The translations under genes and the position numbers were made by a program. Below are positions 60,737-64,000 of a stretch of 64,000 nt of DNA, piece by piece. The notes below the pieces were generated by a model. It saw only the letters and a list, made by a program, of their open reading frames with translations, was not told the origin of the DNA and searched no databases. This DNA comes from Oceanispirochaeta sp. (lineage in GTDB: Bacteria > Spirochaetota > Spirochaetia > DSM-2461). The DNA lies in the NCBI GenBank assembly GCA_963663385.2, contig CAXXXD010000003.1, positions 576,001-640,000 of the forward strand, given 5' to 3'. Each line of letters starts with the position of its first letter. Position 1 is the stretch's first letter.

Positions 60737-61900
60737 ATGAATATACTGGTTATACTTCTTTTTTCTGCACTTTTTGTTTCTGTTTTTCTTCTGCTCAGAG
60801 AAATATCGGCCTATCGAAGAAACTGTTCCCTGCTGTATAAGTATTTAAAGGGCTTGGACCCTGGAACACCCGACAGGTATAACCTGGAAGCTCTGATTCA
60901 GGTATTGGTTGATAGCGATAGGAGTCTCCGTAATACTCTGAATGATCTCAATGGCAGAATACCAGACAAGGATCAGATAAAGCAGCTGTACCTGAAAGCG
61001 ATGACTGCCAAAAACGAATTTAATGAAATTCTGGATAAAGCGGCGGAAGTCGGTCGGATGACTGTCGATAAGATGGCTCTGGTTGAGGATGCGGCTCAGA
61101 CAGCTTCCGACGTGGCTGATTCTGTAGAACATATCACAGCTGAAATGAGTGAAAATGCCAAATCCCTTAATGAAACAATCCCAAGAATGCAGAGTTTCCT
61201 GAGGAAAACCGGAAAGTTGAGGGAGGAATCCGCTTCGAGCAGTGCGCGGTCTGAGGAGCTTGTAAAAATCCTTGCAGAAGGAGATCAGACGATCAGGCAG
61301 ACTGTCGCTTCTATTGAGAAAATTAACGAAGTGGCCCAGGAAGTCCGGGAGAGTCTGATTCAGATTTCATCAATTGCCGATCAGACAAATATACTGGCTA
61401 TGAATGCAGCGATTCAGGCCGCTCATGCCGGGGAATCCGGCAAGGGATTTGCTGTTGTCGCCGGAGAAGTAAGAAAGCTGGCCACTGATGCGGGAACTGC
61501 TGTCGGATTTATTGCAAAGCAGATAGAGGAAATGTCTGTAAGAATTGAAACGGGGCACAATCTTTCCGGCAGAACGGAAGCCATCTTTGCAGAAATAACC
61601 CGGGGAGTCCGGGAATCTGATGAACTGATAAATGGTATGGACAGGAGTCTGACAGAGCAAATGGATGAAGCCCGTGTAATCCTGCCCGCAATGGAAGCTT
61701 TGTCGGGTCAGGTTCATAACCTCAATCAGACAGCAGGTAAAGAGAGGGGTAAATCTGAACGCATTAAGGATGATATGCAGAAAATTGCCGAAACCTCGGA
61801 GCGTATCCATGAAACGGAGCAGGAACTGATAAAAAAAGATTATAAAGTTCTGGAGATCATTGACAGTCTGATCCAGGGGGCAGGGCAGATCCGTTCATAA
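60737..61900 (+). CDS. Methyl-accepting chemotaxis protein with one N-terminal TM and no periplasmic sensor
   Basis: [33 protein letters not shown]; start placed at ATG 60737. Confidence 0.88.
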   Translation: MNILVILLFSALFVSVFLLLREISAYRRNCSLLYKYLKGLDPGTPDRYNLEALIQVLVDSDRSLRNTLNDLNGRIPDKDQIKQLYLKAMTAKNEFNEILDKAAEVGRMTVDKMALVEDAAQTASDVADSVEHITAEMSENAKSLNETIPRMQSFLRKTGKLREESASSSARSEELVKILAEGDQTIRQTVASIEKINEVAQEVRESLIQISSIADQTNILAMNAAIQAAHAGESGKGFAVVAGEVRKLATDAGTAVGFIAKQIEEMSVRIETGHNLSGRTEAIFAEITRGVRESDELINGMDRSLTEQMDEARVILPAMEALSGQVHNLNQTAGKERGKSERIKDDMQKIAETSERIHETEQELIKKDYKVLEIIDSLIQGAGQIRS

Positions 61901-62042
61901 TCCCTTTATAATTCAACTTGTATAAATTATGCTGAAAAAAGGGAGCTCTGTAAATATATTTATTTACATGAAATGCTTTCCCTAAAAGAGTATAATTATT
62001 GAGAATGCACCTGTTACGGGTAAAAGATTTAAAGGAAACTCC

Positions 62043-63719
62043 ATGAAAAAGGCAGTAATACTAATCTTTTTTTGCACCTTTATCTCAAATATATACTCCC
62101 AGAACGAATCGGTTATCCGTTTCGGGCTTGTTCCGGACTATCCTCCAACCACGTTTGTAGACGAAAACGGAACACCCACAGGTTTTTTTATAGAGCTTTT
62201 TTCCAGAATTATGGATGATCTGGGTTATGAATACGAGTATGAGATTGGTCTGTTTACAGAATTGTACGAAGGAATCCTGAATAATGAAATCGATTTTTTT
62301 TGTTCTCTATTGAGAATTCCGTCCCGGGAAGATCAGATTTATTGGCCGTCTGAGGCGGCTACCACAGGATGGGGACAGTTCTTTATCAAACCGGGAAACT
62401 CGTTTAACGATATCCTAACCCTGCAGAATCAGAAGATAGGTCTGGTAACGGAGGAAGCTGAGGGACAGAATTTTATCGAGTATTTGAAATCTCTGAATAT
62501 ACAGACCGAAGTGGTCTATTTCGACAGTTTTGAGAAGCTGATTCAGGCGGTCTGGGATGAATCCGTTATAGGTGGCGTGGCGCATAATACCCGGTTGCTG
62601 GAAGAAGACCGGATACAGCCTACTACTATTGTATTTTCTCCTCTATCCAGTTATGCCACCACGGGCGCCCGGAATAAGGATATGATCCCGCGGGTGGATG
62701 CCATCAGTACCCGTCTGCACGAATTGAAGAATGATCCGGATTCCTATTACTGGCAGCTCTATGAAAAATGGATGTCAACCGAAAGGGTGGAGAAGAAGGT
62801 GGTTCCCCAATGGGTCACTGTATTCTTTATCTTTCTCTTTTCTATTATTCTGCTGCTTTATTCTTTTTCCAGAATTCTGCGTTTAAAAATTGAATTAAGC
62901 ACCAGGGCGTTAAGAGATTTAAATGATTCCCTGGAAGAGAAAGTTGCCGAAAGAACACTGGAACTCAAGGACACATCAGAAAAGCTTATTCAATCAGAAA
63001 AACTGGCTTTAACATCCCGTCTTGTTGCCGGAATAGCACATGAAATCAACACTCCCATAGGGGTGGCATTAACATCCATGTCCTACAGCGAGGAGTTATT
63101 GGCCAACCTTGAAGAAGCATATCGGAGTGATGAGCTTTCTACGGATGATTTTGATAATTATATAAAAAACTCCAGGGAATCCCTGACTATCAGTCTGAAG
63201 AATATCCGCCGGGCAGTTGATCTGATCCGGAATTTTAAAAACATCTCTTCCGACCAGGTCCGTTATGATTTAATCACCGTTAACCTGAAGGAGTATTTCA
63301 ACAGTATTCTTCTGACCGTTTCTCCCGAATTGAAGAAAACCCGCTTACGGGTCCACACCAATTTTACAGATAAGGAAATAACTTCCTATGCCGCCGTATT
63401 TACCCAGATTATAGTTAATTTTGTCATGAACTCCCTGAGCCATGCCTTTAGAAAGGGCGAAACGGGGAACCTGTATATCTCGGTACTGGCTTCCGGCGGT
63501 ATCTGCAGAATTATCTATACAGATGACGGAGCCGGAATCTCACCAGACATCAAGGAGCATATATTCGAACCTTTTTTTACTACAAACAGGAGTCAGGGGA
63601 ATACTGGTCTCGGGTTGAGTGTTGTGAACAATCTGATTACAGAGAAACTTAAAGGGACGATTCAGGTCAGAAGTAAACCGGACAGGTATACCTGTTTTAT
63701 TATAGAATTCCCCTGCTAA
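62043..63719 (+). CDS. Sensor histidine kinase with a periplasmic family-3 SBP domain
   Basis: DYPP SBP domain, TM, H-box GIAHEINTP, N-box NSLSHAF, DDGAGI, FEPFFTT and GTGLGL-like G2 box (NTGLGL). Confidence 0.92.
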   Translation: MKKAVILIFFCTFISNIYSQNESVIRFGLVPDYPPTTFVDENGTPTGFFIELFSRIMDDLGYEYEYEIGLFTELYEGILNNEIDFFCSLLRIPSREDQIYWPSEAATTGWGQFFIKPGNSFNDILTLQNQKIGLVTEEAEGQNFIEYLKSLNIQTEVVYFDSFEKLIQAVWDESVIGGVAHNTRLLEEDRIQPTTIVFSPLSSYATTGARNKDMIPRVDAISTRLHELKNDPDSYYWQLYEKWMSTERVEKKVVPQWVTVFFIFLFSIILLLYSFSRILRLKIELSTRALRDLNDSLEEKVAERTLELKDTSEKLIQSEKLALTSRLVAGIAHEINTPIGVALTSMSYSEELLANLEEAYRSDELSTDDFDNYIKNSRESLTISLKNIRRAVDLIRNFKNISSDQVRYDLITVNLKEYFNSILLTVSPELKKTRLRVHTNFTDKEITSYAAVFTQIIVNFVMNSLSHAFRKGETGNLYISVLASGGICRIIYTDDGAGISPDIKEHIFEPFFTTNRSQGNTGLGLSVVNNLITEKLKGTIQVRSKPDRYTCFIIEFPC

Positions 63720-64000
63720 AATCCTTTGGTTTCAGAACGCAGAATTGCTCAGTCCTGAAATCCTTCCATGTTCCTTCCAGGGTCAGCACAACGGCGCAGC
63801 AGGTGGGCATAGGGATCTCTTTTGCTCCCAGAATGGAGGCCAGATAGCTGATCCCCGGGTTATGAGCTATCAGGAAAAGGGTTTCAATCCTCTCTTCCGT
63901 TCTGTCTATGGCCGCCGTGAGGTCATTCGGACTCCCCAGGTAGAGGGATGGAATCTCCTTTATAATCTCTTTTTCCTTGCCTGCCTCATTCTTGTATTCT
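63700..64000 (-). CDS. sixA: SixA-like phosphohistidine phosphatase, C-terminal part (begins beyond the window); not in the ORF track
   Basis: Manual translation ...IPSLYLGSPNDL...LFLIAHNPGISYLASIL...MPTCCAVVL...W, with TAA at 63700-63702. Confidence 0.75.
   Translation of the reverse strand, partial: EYKNEAGKEKEIIKEIPSLYLGSPNDLTAAIDRTEERIETLFLIAHNPGISYLASILGAKEIPMPTCCAVVLTLEGTWKDFRTEQFCVLKPKDFSRGIL

Noticed and set aside
1..64000. CRISPR arrays, tRNA/rRNA genes, IS elements, prophage
   Set aside because: No regularly spaced repeats, cloverleaf or rRNA signatures, transposase, integrase or phage structural genes seen by eye; a tRNAscan/Infernal run would be needed to exclude small RNAs.

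Overview
A 64-kb, gene-dense piece of bacterial chromosome. The spirochaete-style lipoproteins, FlgD/OmpA-type envelope protein, FapA and many MCPs suggest a free-living spirochaete (inference only). The left end has a pelD-pelE-pelF-pelG exopolysaccharide operon on the minus strand. Facing it head-to-head is a gene for a 1,232-aa secreted protein (CBM-like domain, TPRs, predicted beta-barrel), the best candidate for a lineage-specific PelB-type export pore. No pelA or pelC is recognisable in the window. The rest is rich in c-di-GMP and chemotaxis genes: two HD-GYP proteins, HDOD, a CheY-CheC-PAS/GGDEF triad, FapA and four MCPs. It also has transporters (TAXI-TRAP, NSS with a small MetS-type subunit missing from the ORF track, DMT) and housekeeping genes (dus, trmJ-like, nagD, lysA, radC, tldD/pmbA). 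An AT-rich patch at about 26.6-29.2 kb holds short co-oriented genes, truncated genes and repeated GTGTTAT junction motifs. Other notable items are an internally deleted cmoM remnant, a DUF1638-hydantoinase A fusion, a REP-like element whose ends contain both flanking stop codons, and two perfect operator-like inverted repeats. I saw no rRNA, tRNA, CRISPR array, transposase or integrase. All family calls come from motif recognition by eye; no database search was run.
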